A stretch of DNA of 64,000 bases from the NCBI RefSeq assembly GCF_006345805.1, contig NC_043000.1:151962001-152026000 (forward strand), in the 5' to 3' direction. The position numbers were made by a program, and so were the translations under genes. This document shows positions 51,203 to 63,413 of the stretch, piece by piece (positions within the stretch are counted from its first letter, which is position 1; every line of letters begins with the position of its first letter). The notes under the pieces are model-generated. The model saw nothing but the letters and a program-made list of their open reading frames with translations, searched no databases and was not told the origin of the DNA. Source of the stretch: Octopus sinensis (taxonomy: Eukaryota).

Positions 51203-51404
51203 TCTTTTATTCTTTTATTCTTTTACTTGTTTCAGTCATTTGACTGTGGCCGTGCTGGAGCACCGCCTTTAGTCGAGCAAATCGACCCCGGGACTTATTC
51301 TTTGTAAGCCCAGTTCTTATTCTATCGGTCTCTTTTTGCCGAACCGCTAAGTGACAGGGATGTAAACACACCAGCATCGGTGGGGGACAAACACAGACAC
51401 ACAA

Positions 51405-51445
<41 letters not shown>

Positions 51446-51615
51446 TATATACGACAGGCTTCTTTCAGTTTCCGTCTACCAAATCCACTCACAAGGCATT
51501 GGTCGGCCCGGGGCTATTGCAGAAGACATTTGCCCAAGATGCCACGCAGTGGGACTGAACCTGGAACCATGTGGTTGGTTAGCAAGCTACTTACCACACA
51601 GCCACTCCTGCGCCT
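51203..51615 (-). mobile_element. SINE family B
   Basis: Family match. Confidence 0.9.
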
Positions 51616-52796
51616 ATCACATGCTCATCTTTTGGCTCCAAATGAACTAAAAATCATTATTTTTAGCTCAAAATGTCAATGCTCTTCATGTCTGCTATGC
51701 ATCACTTTGTTGGACAACTGGAAATTATATTGCTATTTGCACTCATCTATTCTGTCATAAAAAATGCATGTTAGCCAGTGACAATAATACTATTTCAATA
51801 CATTTAATTGTAAATAGTTATGGAAACTAACGAAAAATATTCAGGTTAGTAAAAAAAATATTTAATTTCATGATTTGTGTTTTGACAATAAAACTGTCTT
51901 TGTTTCAAAACACATATTTGTAAAACAAGTTACTTTGTGAGAAAGAATTAAAATTAAACCTGAAATAAAAAGCAGAAATCAGCTGCTAAGCTATTTAATA
52001 GATGGTGCATTTGTATAATTGACCTAGATTCTCTTTTTTATGATGTGCTTTATAAATCATTTGATTTCTTTGGTTAAACTAAGTTTGAATATGTTAACCT
52101 AATCTGCACCTAATTGCTCTTGATATATTTTAACAGTCAATAATCAACGTAGGCTATTAATGAACCATCACTATTGTATTTATAATTAATACATCTCTCT
52201 CATATACATATTACTTAGTGTCCCTTATTTGACTGTGGTCATGCTGGGGCACTATCTTCAAGGTCCTTTTATTTTTCTTGATTATATTATCCCCATTTCT
52301 TTGTCCAGTATTTATTTTAGCCATCTTGTAAGTTGATCTGGGTATAAAGAGATGTAAAATGTACAGACCAAATACCAGACAGGATTTTTATTCTGCTAAC
52401 CATTACCCCCCCCCCCCAACACACACACACACACACACACGGCGTGCTAACGTTTCTGCCAGCTCGCCGCCTTAACTATACATCACTGACTGTACCACTG
52501 TATTGATTAAGCTATCGAATGTTGTTATACTCCACTGGTCACAATGCGCTTCCTCACAGTGTCGTAGCTTTTAACTGATGCCACTCTGCTGGTTAGGCAG
52601 GCAGGTCAACATTCTCCCTGAACAGAATGCCTGTCCATCACAGGGTTACTCACAGCTGAGTGGACTGAAGCAACATAAAGTCAAGTGTTTTGCCCAAGAA
52701 CATAATGTACCACCAATCTGGAAAATGAAACTATGATCTTGTGAGTGTGAGTACAGCATTTTAACCACCAGGTTACGTGCCTTCACAACAATATGT

Positions 52797-52994
52797 ATTC
52801 TTTTATTCTTTTATTTGTTTCAGTCATTTGACTGTGGCCATGCTGGAGCACCGCCTTTAGTCGAGCAAATTGACCCCAGGACTTATTCTTCGTAAGCCTA
52901 GTACTTATTCTATTGGTCTCTTTTGCCGAACCGCTAAGTGACGTAAACACACCAGCATCGGTTGTCAAGCGATGGTGGGGACACACAGATACAT

Positions 52995-53027
<33 letters not shown>

Positions 53028-53222
53028 CATATATATACATACATACATATATATATATGTATATATACGACAGGTTCTTTCAGTTTCCGTCTACCAAATC
53101 CACTCACAAGGCTTTGGACGGCCCGAAGCTATAGTAGAAAACACTTGGTATAGTAGAAAACTGAACCCAGAACCATGTGGGTGGTAAGCAAGCTACTTAC
53201 CACACAGCCACTCCTGCACCTA
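52797..53222 (-). mobile_element. SINE family B
   Basis: Family match. Confidence 0.9.
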
Positions 53223-53635
53223 TGTATGTTGCTATTATCTGATTAAGAACGATAAATCTTCCGCAAAAATATAAAAATGTTCTTGTTGTTTGTTTGCCTG
53301 TATATTCAGTGAAAGAATCTTAGCCATTGCATTTAGTCTGATTCACTAATTTAAGACCTTTGAGCTCTGTAATAAAACGATGGTGGTATTCTGGATGGAT
53401 AAAAATAAAATTAAAAAAAACAGACGAAAATACTTGATACCTCCATTGAATTTATCATGTTGCACTTCCATTACATGCAACACACTCATGTTGGAACCTT
53501 GATAGTTGAAACTGATTGTACAAAAAAATTGATTATTTTGCACTCTTTCACTGTTTGTTGGCAAATACAATAACGTACCTCTTAGTCTATCAGATAAGTA
53601 TTATTTTGATAGTGTTATATATATATATCTAATGA

Positions 53636-54166
53636 TATATATTTGGATCGCTTGCATACAACCCGACTTGCCGTTCGGAGTGACGTGCTTAGTAGAGCAG
53701 CTACCACACTGCGATCTATTGAGTCTCTTCTCGCGAATGACACGATCCGCAAAAGGCGGCGAGATGGCAGAAACGTTAGCACGCCGGGCAAAATGCGTAG
53801 CGGTATTTCGCCTGCCGTTACGTTGTAAGTTCAAATTCCGCCAAGGTTGACTTTGCCTTTCATCCTTTCGGGGTCGATAAATTAAGTACCAGTTACGCAC
53901 TGGGGTCGATGTAATCGACTTAATACCTATGTCTGTCCTTTTTTGTCCCCTCTGTGTTTAGCCCCTTGTGGGTAATAAAGAAATAGGTATTTCGCCTGTC
54001 GTTACGTTGTGAGTTCAAATTCCGCCGAGGTCGACTTTGCCTTTCATCCTTTCAGGGTCGATAAATAAAGTACCAATTTCGCACTGGGGTCGATGTAATC
54101 GACTTAATCCCTTTGTCTGTCCTTGTTTGTCCCCTCTGTGTTTAGCCCCTTGTGGGTAGTAAATAA
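53636..54166 (+). mobile_element. SINE family A dimer with ~118-nt 5' extension
   Basis: Head at ~53754, junction at 53985; 19-bp TSD ATATATATATATCTAATGA (53617-53635, 54167-54185). Confidence 0.85.
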
Positions 54167-54490
54167 ATATATATATATCTAATGACCTATTACAGGTAAT
54201 GTTCGGAGGTGTAAATATGTTTTAACTCCTTTAAATATACAATGAGATCTGTGTAGTTTCTTTTTTTTTTCTCTTCATACCTTTTGTGGAAATAGAGAGC
54301 AGTGTTTATGAAGAAGTATTATACTGTTTGTTTGCTGCGTGTGATACTGTGAATATTAATGAAGGAGAATCAGTCTTTATCTTTTACTTGTTTCAGTCAT
54401 TGGACTGTGGCCATGCTGGGGCTTCACCCTGAATGGTTTACTCAAACAAATTGACCTCACTGCTTATCTTTTGTAAGTCTGGTATATATA

Positions 54491-55002
54491 CCGTAAATCC
54501 TCAAGTATAATCCGTATTTTTTCCCCAAAATTTAAAGGTCAAAATCCCTAGTGCGTACTATACACGAGGTTAAAAATGAAAATTATTTTCTAAGCAATGT
54601 CTGAGTCTCTATTTGCTGTCCGGCAATATTTATTCAGACGCATTTTGTGATGTCGGGGGTGAAAATACCTTAAGCTAAGCCTGAAAGCAATGAAGTCATA
54701 AAAGAATCATCCATAACTTGCAGAAAGCAACATTTATTAAATGTTATTACTGTCATTTCTTTATTTTCTGCAAACGAAATGCACAAAAAAGCTACACGTT
54801 TGCATTATGTTATATATACAATAATAATAAAGGACGTTGCCATATACACTTTTACAAACCAAGGATGTTATATAGACCTCCTTGTCTCAAGTTAGAGAAG
54901 GGATGCGTATTATACACAAGGTTTAAGTTTTTCAGAGGTACAGCCCCCTAAAAATCTCCTGTGTATTATACTCAAGGGCAGACTATACTTGAGGATTTAC
55001 GG
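54491..55002. mobile_element. Tc1/mariner (pogo-like) MITE
   Basis: Perfect 19-bp TIRs CCGTAAATCCTCAAGTATA; TA on both sides. Confidence 0.88.
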
Positions 55003-55010
55003 TATATATA

Positions 55011-55162
55011 TGGAGTGGTTGGCGTTAGGAAGGGCATCCAGCTGTAGAAACACTGCCAGATCAGACTGGAGCCTGGTGCAGCCCCTGGCTTCCCAGACCC
55101 CGGTTGAACCATCCAACCCGTGCTAGCGCGGAAAACAGACGTTAAACGATGATGATGATGAT
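55011..55162 (+). mobile_element. Repeat family D
   Basis: Family match with (GAT)n tail. Confidence 0.8.
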
Positions 55163-55969
55163 ATATATATATATATATGGCAGGCTTTCACTTAGTCTCC
55201 GTCTACCAAATTCTCTTACAAGGCATTGATCATGCCACATCCTAGGGCTATAATAGAAGATACTCACCTTGGGTACCATGCAGTGGGACTGAACCTGAGA
55301 CCTTGTGGTTGTGAAGTGAGCTTCTTAACCTTACAGCCATGCCTGCACCTATAAAAATTGAGGTTCCAGCAGATTTGAACTTATGAACTCCCGCATGTTA
55401 AACTAGAGAGAGGCTTGTTGTAACATTCATCATCATCATCATCATTTAATGTCCATCTTACATGTTGACATGGGGGGAATGGTTAAAGAGGATCTGGTGA
55501 GTTGGACAACTGCATCGTGCTCTACACTCTGCTTTTGCATGGCTTCCACAGCTGGATACCCTTCCTAATACCAACCACCTTACAGAGTACCCTAGGTACT
55601 TTTGTCATGGCTCCAGTTTTAGGGAGGTCACCATGCAACTCAAAAGATGAAAGAGTCCGTTCAACTGAGTGGAAATATAGCAGAGAGAAAGAGAGGACAG
55701 CAGCTTTATGCTAGGCATTGAAAGGTTGACGTATGAAAGAAGGGACAAGAATACTGCAGAAGAGGTACATAGCCACCTTGCCTTATATGATGGTGAGTGG
55801 GAGTAATTTCAGGAGAGCTAGGGAGAGACAGAGAAAGAGAGACAAAGATGGTGGGGATGTGTTAGAAAAATATTTTGCTAGTCAATAAATATATCTTTTT
55901 AATGAGAATTAGCATTGTAATATTGACACTAATGCATACAGGAGACAGCTCCAAATCACATAGTCTACC

Positions 55970-56750
55970 TTTCACTCTGAGCGAGAGACCCTTTGTTACC
56001 AGCAGAGGTAGGAGCTCTCTGAACTTTGCCAGGATATTCTTATTCTAGCAGCTATGCTCTCAGCGCATCCACCCCCTCTGCTGACTTGGTCATCTAGGTA
56101 ATGGAAGCTATCAACTACTTCTAGTTTTGCCTCCTGGCATGTGATGGAAGCTGTTTTCTGCCCCACACAAAAACTATCTTCCCAGTTAGCCTTCCTTTGA
56201 TATTGCTGCACTTTTTATGTGTCCATAGCTTATTCTGGGTACATCTTATGGAGTTTCTACCTATGCCTTTCTACAAATTCAGGGCCATCTACCTGAAGGG
56301 ATTTGTGATTTGTCTGCCTTCTTACTTTGGTTTTGCTAGATTCACTCTAAGGCCCTCCAATTCTAGACCTTGCTTCCACACCTGAACCTTCTCCTCTAGT
56401 TCTGATTGTGACTCAGCTATTAGAGCAAGGTCATCAGCATAGAGAGGCTCCCAGGAGATCCTGTCTTGAATTCCTCTGTAATTGCCTGGAGGACTATGAT
56501 GAATAAGAGGTGGCTAAGGACTGATCCTTTGTGGACCCTTACCTCTACCTGGAATTCTTCACTATACTCATTGCCAACTCTCACCTTACTGACAGCATCT
56601 CTGTACATGGCTTGTACATCTCTCAGTGACCACTCATCTATCTCTAGGTTCTGCATTGACTGCCAGATAAGAAATCGGGGTGGCCCCTGTCAAAGGCTTT
56701 CTCGATGTTAACAAAGGTCTAGTACAGAGGTTTATCTTTGACTAGGTATT
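55970..56750 (-). pseudogene. Decayed LINE RT fragment
   Basis: VRVHKGSVLSHLLFIIVL (the QGSxLSPxLF motif), degenerate LYADDL, and LEVVDSFHYLDD. Confidence 0.75.
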
Positions 56751-57365
56751 TCTCCTGCAGCTAGCACTCTTTATTTCTTCCTGAAATTATAATATATTAC
56801 CATAAATTCAGCAAATGCAGTTATGCACTCACACACACACACACACACACACATAGGTCAAGTTATAAATATGTATTTACACTGTAGATCTATATTAGCT
56901 GCTTCGATTACCATTTGTCCAAATATTTTCTTTTACATAATATCTCCAACAATCAATGTAAATAGAGAATGAACAATTTGTAATAGACATCATTTAATGA
57001 TCCCTTTTGTGTTTATACTTCTTTCAACCAAGTAATTGCTTGGTACTATTTAAAACCACCATGTAACCAATTAACAAACCTATTATTTGTTAATTTAATG
57101 CTATAGGAATAGGAAAAAACTAAAAGTTTGGAAAATGTTACACAGACAGTTGAGCCAATTTCATTATATCCCTGAAAATAAAATCTGGTGAGATTTCAAC
57201 ACAAAAATTTAAATAGTGTAAAATATTTAATCTGATGCTCTGTCATGCCTACCAGCTCCAATACTGTTATATTTAACAGTGTGTGCTGCCATCGTGAATG
57301 ATTTTTACTTCTCTATCTCTTCTTTTTCTTTTACTTAAGTTTTGCCTGTTGACTTTTGTTTTCAG

Positions 57366-57481
57366 ACTTGCAGTGAAAAGTCTGATAGATATGGCTGCAT
57401 TGGATATCATTGATGATGATTGTGAAGAACTCATCAATTTATTGGCTATTCTTGAACAAATTTTGATGCACCGTTTACGGC
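57366..57481 (+). CDS. RUNDC3: RUNDC3 coding exon 2 (LAVKSLIDMAALDIIDDDCEELINLLAILEQILMHRLR)
   Basis: Acceptor TTTTCAG, donor C|GTAAGT; resembles FSVKTLID...IDDSS.EF.NFAAILEQILSHRLK of RUNDC3A/B. Confidence 0.92.
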
Positions 57482-57839
57482 GTAAGTATCTGAATATTTT
57501 TGAGTAATTAATACATTTAAAAAAATTAATTGCTATTTTATTAATAATGATTTTTTAAATCTATGTTTGTTTCTGTCCGACTGTCTTTGTTTCTATCTCT
57601 CTTTCCACTTGTTTTATCCATGACAAAATACCAACTGTAGACTTATTAGTATACTTGGTATTTCATATTGTTTATATAATGCATATAAGTAAACCAATTC
57701 ATCTTTACTTCAAAAACAGGAAGTCATAAAGACTGGTGTGTAGTCCCAGTTTCAATACATATAGGCTCTGGTCCTTGTACAGTAAACTTTTGGTGATATA
57801 TGCTTCTATCAGAAGAGCCTTGCTACAAGAAAAGCATTA

Positions 57840-58085
57840 CTATCATCATCATCATCATCATTTAACGTCCGCTTTCCATGCTAGCATGGGTTTGACAGTT
57901 TGACTGGAGTCTGGGAAGCCAGGAGGCTGCACCAGGCTCCAGTCTGATCTGGCAGTGTTTCTACAGCTGGATGCCCTTCCTTACGCCAACCACTCCATGA
58001 GTGTAGTGGCTTTTTTTTACGTGCCACCAGCACAGGTGCCAGGGGAAGCTGATGACAGCCACAATCGGTTGGTGTTTTTTACATG
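57840..58085 (-). mobile_element. Repeat family D
   Basis: Family match. Confidence 0.8.
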
Positions 58086-58586
58086 CTGTGTTGGATATAA
58101 AAACTTAACTTATAAAAATATAAAATACTGAAATACATAGAATGGTTAACATATCCATTCACAAAAATTCTTTTGTTAAATTGCATTTTAATACCACAGT
58201 TTTTAAAACTCATTAAATTAAAAAGACTGTTTGTTAAATGGCCAACATCAATATACCATTTTGCTTATCAGACACATACACCCCACCTCTCTCATTGATA
58301 TAAAATCAATGCCTATCAATAAAACCTAATTCTACCATTAAGAATGAAGTTTTAATATCAACATTTTTTAACTGAAATGTGCTTGGATTCTTTTTGCTCT
58401 GCTGCTAAGGAAGAAGTTATTTTTGCTATTTTAAAAATAATTGCTCTTCTTGAAAATTTGGTAACTTATTAATTTACTGATCTTCTGCATGATTTAATTT
58501 TTTAAAAAAAGAAGAATATTAACCAGTTTTTACCTATTTAAAAAAAAAAAATTGAAATTACATTATAAATATCTGCTTAATTTCAG

Positions 58587-58720
58587 CACACAAAACCTGG
58601 TATGGATCTGAAGGAACACGACCATTTTGGGATTACATCCGAGTTGCTTGTCAGGGTGTTGCACATAACTGCATCGAGAGCATTAATACAATTGAAAATA
58701 TTCGTTCCCCTCATGCAAAA
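58587..58720 (+). CDS. RUNDC3: RUNDC3 coding exon 3 (P-HKTWYGSEGTRPFWDYIRVACQGVAHNCIESINTIENIRSPHAK)
   Basis: Acceptor TTTCAG, donor GTAAGT, phase 1 to 0; resembles TWFGYESPRSFWDYIRVAC...NCICSIENMENV...AK. The next exon (GRAWIR...) was not found in the window. Confidence 0.93.
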
Positions 58721-58742
58721 GTAAGTAGTATTATTAGTTTCA

Positions 58743-59056
58743 TGGAGGAGCAATGGCCCAGTGGTTAGGGCAGCGGACTCGCAGTCGGAGGATCACGGTT
58801 TTGATTTCCGGACCGGGCATTGTGTGTGTTTATTGAGCGAAAACACCTAAAAGCTCCAAGAGGCTTCAGCAGGGGGTGGTGGCGACCCCTGTTGTACTCT
58901 TTTGCCTCAACTTTCTCTCACGCTTTCTTCCTGTTTCTTGGGTAACACTGCAATGGACTGGCGTCCTGTCCAGCTGGGGGGGAACACATGTGCCACAGAA
59001 ACCGGGAAACCGGGCCCATGAGCCTGGCTAGTCTTGAAAAGGGCGCATAAAAAAAA
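58743..59056 (+). mobile_element. SINE with family C head but a different 3' half (V-domain-like)
   Basis: C-type head, then CTGCAATGGACTGGCGTCCTGTCCAG; A-rich tail; 13-bp TSD ATTATTAGTTTCA. Confidence 0.85.
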
Positions 59057-59229
59057 ATTATTAGTTTCAGTTATTGTATAAATTTTTGGTTTGAAGTATC
59101 CAAGTTACAGGTCAATATTTTTGATGGTGAAATTTTTTTTTTTTGTCACACTGAAAGGAAGGAGAAAGCAGCAGCTGTGCCGAGAAAAGTGAAAAACAGG
59201 GGAAGAAACTGCTATAAAGTGTGATGGAT

Positions 59230-59570
59230 TCATCATCATCATCATCATCATCATCGTTTAACGTCCGTTTTCCATGCTAGCATGTGTTGGACGGTTCAAC
59301 TGGGGTCTGGGAAGCCAGAAGGCTGCACCAGGCCCAGTCTGATCTGGCAGTGTTTCTACAGCTGGATGCCCTTCCTAACACCAACCACTCCAAGAGTGTA
59401 GTGGGTACTTTTTATGTGCCACCTGTACAGGTGCCAGACGAGGCTGACAAACGGCCACGATCGGATGGTGCTTTTTACGTGCCACTGGCACAGAGGCCAT
59501 TTGGGGCGGCGCTGGCAACGGCCACGTTCGGATGGTTCTCTTACGTGCCACCGGCACTGGTATCTCAGCT
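59230..59570 (-). mobile_element. Repeat family D with internal tandem units
   Basis: Family match. Confidence 0.8.
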
Positions 59571-60311
59571 AGGTGGAAGATTGACTGGATGTAAGTCAGC
59601 AGTTTGTGATACAGGCAGCCTGTCATACAAAATGATAGTCTAATAAAGGGTGAGATAGAAAGCAAAGTGAGAGGAAGAGAAAGTCTAAGTGTAAGAGGGA
59701 AAGTGATAAGAAGAAAGATAAAATTCTCCAATAGAGAGGTAATGTATATGTGTATACACATGTGTGTGTGTGTACATGTGTAGTTATATATAGGTTAATT
59801 GCTGTTAAAAGAAGACCATGTGAATATTGAAATAATGTTCTTTTGTTAGTTAACATATCATTCTTTATTATAAAAGATTGCTCTCAATGTTGACAAATCA
59901 TATGCATATCTTTTAGTTTTGTTTTTATCAAACTGGAAAAATTAATGTTAAACTTGTAAAGAATTTAAAAACTTATTTTGTACTCAGCTGAATTATTGAT
60001 GAAGGACTCTTACATGTTTGCTTTGATATTCAAAAAATATATATTTCATTATACTACATAAAATTACATGCTGTATTCCCTCTCTCTCTCTCTCTTTCGG
60101 AGAGGCACTGAGCAGCTATACGCACACATACACACACAGCAGTAACTTCCACCTACCGAATTCAATCACAAAGCTTCGGTCGACTCGGGGCTATAGTGGA
60201 AGACACATACCCAAAGTGCCACACAGTGGGACTGAACCCGAAACCATGTAGTTGGGAAGCAAGCTATAAACTATAAAGCCTTCACCACACTGAAACCTAC
60301 TGACAGATTTT

Positions 60312-60580
60312 AATGCTTCCGTGCCAGTGGCGCGTAAAAAGCAGCATCCGATCGTGGCCGTTTGCCAGCCTCGTCTGGCACCTGTGCCGGTGGCACGTAA
60401 AAAGCACCCACTACACTCTCAGAGTGGTTGGCATTAGGAAGGGCATCCAGCTGTAGAAACACTGCCAGATCAGACTGGGCCTGATGCAGCCTTCTGGCTT
60501 CCCAGACCCCAGTTGAACCGTCCAACCCATGCCAGCATGGAAAGCGAACGCTAAACGATGATGATGATGATGATGATGAT
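60312..60580 (+). mobile_element. Repeat family D
   Basis: Family match. Confidence 0.8.
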
Positions 60581-61409
60581 GGAACCAAGTGGTGGTGGTT
60601 GTGGCGGAGGCAACGGCGGCGACGGCAGTAATGTCAGTGCTGGCAGCAGCATTGTTGTTGTTTTTAGCCCTGGCCAGCTCTGATTAAGCAGTCCTGGACA
60701 AACCGCAGCCCATGGGACTTTCTAAACGGCATGCTTAATGAACAGAATTACCTTGAATTTTTTTTAGTAGTGTGGCCCATCTGTTGATGAGCCATGTCTC
60801 ATGGGGTCCTGCTTCTCACAAAAGGTTACCTGATCTAAAGTATTCTAGCCATAAACAGTTTGGATATTGGGTACTGTATTGTCCAAAATGTCCTTTTTAT
60901 ATAATGAAGGTTGAATTATTTGAGGGAGATTCAGTTAATAGGTTAAGTGACCAAATAATGCCGCCTATATTTTGACATAAGTTGTCTTAATGTAGTTAGA
61001 AATTCCCAAGCTGTATTCCGTTTAGGATTTTGTATGAATCCTAATTAGTTTCTTATCAAATGATATGATAATTGGGTAAGAATTTTAAAGTATAGTTATT
61101 AAATGATAAAGTATTCTAGGTATAGGGTAGGTATGGCTAAAGGGTTAAGGAGTTCAGTTTGAAATCATCAGGCCTTAGGGTTCATTCCATTGCACAACAT
61201 CTTGGATGTCTTCTTCTATATCCTCTAATAAGTTAGTCAGATGAGGGACAGTACCCATCATCTTTGTAGACCTCTTAGACTGGTAGAACAATGTGGCTGA
61301 TACTCAACCTGAGTGACTAGGGTAGGAGAAAACTATCTGCTCTGAATGTTTGCCAGAGGCTGAACTCTCCAAAAGATGGAAAGATCTCACTGTTATATTT
61401 CTCTCTCTT

Positions 61410-61440
<31 letters not shown>

Positions 61441-61442
<2 letters not shown>

Positions 61443-61640
61443 CATCATCATCATCATCATTGTTTAACGTCCGTTCTCCATGCTAGCATGGGTTGGATGG
61501 TTCGACTGGGGATCTGGGAAGCCAGAAGGCTGCACCAGGCTCCAGTCTGATCTGGTAGTGTTTCTACAGCTGGATGCCCTTCCTAACGCCAACCACTCCG
61601 TGAGTGTAGTGGGTGCTTTTTACGTGCCACCGACACAGGT
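61441..61640 (-). mobile_element. Repeat family D
   Basis: Family match. Confidence 0.8.
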
Positions 61641-61920
61641 CGGAAATCTACAGTTAATTGAATAATTTTAAGAAAACATTTTTCTGCAGATTAATAGAAA
61701 GCTATTAACAAGTTAAATAACAAGTTAAAATAGAGTATGACAGGTGTGTCAAAACAGTATTGGTGTATGACAGTGAATGACTATGAAAGCAGATGATTTG
61801 ACAACAGTTTGTATTAAATGTTGTCATAGTACTACTGCTAAAATCCCAAACAATGATTTTTGTCCCTTAAATAGAAGTCTTACATTGTTTCAAGGAGACT
61901 TTGTATGTCATTTTAGAGAA

Positions 61921-62253
61921 GTAGCACCATCCGTTTGTGGCCGTTGCCAGCCTCGCCTGGCCCTTGTGCCGGTGGCACATAAAAAGCACCATCCGATTGT
62001 GACCGTTTGCCAGACTCGTCTGGCACCTGTAGCGCCGCCCCGACTGGACTCGTGCCGGTGGCAGGTAAACGAACCATCCGTTCGTGGCCGTTGCCAGCCT
62101 CGCCTGGCCCTTGTGCCGGTGGCACAAAAAAAGCACCATCCGATCGTGGCCGTTTGCCAGACTCGTCTGGCACCTGTACCGGTGGCATGTAAAAAGCACC
62201 CACTACACTCATGGAGTGGTTGGCATTAGGAAGGGCATCCAGCCGTAGAAACA
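61921..62253 (+). mobile_element. Repeat family D with expanded minisatellite
   Basis: About four alternating ~60-bp units of the type CACCATCCG...GGCCGTTGCCAG...CTGGC...GTGCCGGTGGCAC. Confidence 0.8.
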
Positions 62254-63017
62254 CATAAGACACAAGAGAATAACTGGCATGAGAAACCTTCTGTATTCTT
62301 AACCAGTTATTTATACTGTGAACCTTATTTATCAAAAGTCATAACAAGCAGGGATTTTTACCATTGTGTTAAAATACTTTTAAAGTTACAAAAAAAATAT
62401 TTTCACTGTTATCATGTAAATTACTGAGTCTGTAAACCTGCCCCCGTGTCTGCTTTGTCATTTTTGTTTTGCATAACTCCATATAATTTTTTGTTTAATG
62501 TATAGTTTCTTTGAGGATTAGTCATTTGTCATTCTCATTATTTGAAATTTACGGTGTTCTTTGTATATTACTAAACCATCAAATAAACTAGCAACACAAT
62601 CATGGAGACATGATGGTAGTTATTTATTATGTATAGTGGATATCATTTGTTGAATTTTCTATACTGGTCTGCATGAACTAGGTGATCCATAATTATAAGC
62701 TTCCAATTTTTTCTGACCCCAAATAATTATTGGCATGACAATCCTTTATATCAACATTTGGTTTCACTTGATTCCTTCTCTTGTCTTACCTAGGATCATT
62801 CCTTCTTGAGTTTTTACTTGCATAACTTGTTAACAACGAAAGATTTCTAGAATATTACATGAAAAGTTGGGACATGCGATTAATGTTGCATTTACAAGAG
62901 ACAAAATTAATATAGCTATATTGTTCTATCAGATGATCTCCCTATCCTTCGTGCCATCAGTTTGGTTATTATGATCCATTGTACTGTTTCCAGACAGGTG
63001 GTTGGTAAAACAAACAG

Positions 63018-63413
63018 TTGTGGAGGCGCAATGGCCCAGTGGTTAGGGCAGCAGACTCGCGGTCATAGGATCGCGGTTTCGATTCCTAGACCAGGCGTTG
63101 TGAGTGTTTATTGAGCGAAAACACCTAAAAGCTACACGAGGCTCCGGCAGGGGGTGGTGGTGATCCCTGCTGTACTCTTTCACCACAACTTTCTCTCACT
63201 CTTACTTCCTGTTTCTGTTGTACCTGTATTTCAAGGGGCCGGCCTTGTCCCTCTCTGTGTCACGCTGAATATCCCCGAGAACTACGTTAAGGGTGCACGT
63301 GTCTGTGGAGTGCTCAGCCACTTACACGTTAATTTCACGAGCAGGCTGTTCCGTTGATTCGGATCAACCGGAACCCTCATCGTCGTAACCGATGGAGTGC
63401 TTCCATCCATCCA
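63018..63413 (+). mobile_element. SINE family C with 51-bp flanking duplication
   Basis: 62967-63017 equals 63414-63464 with one mismatch. Confidence 0.92.
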
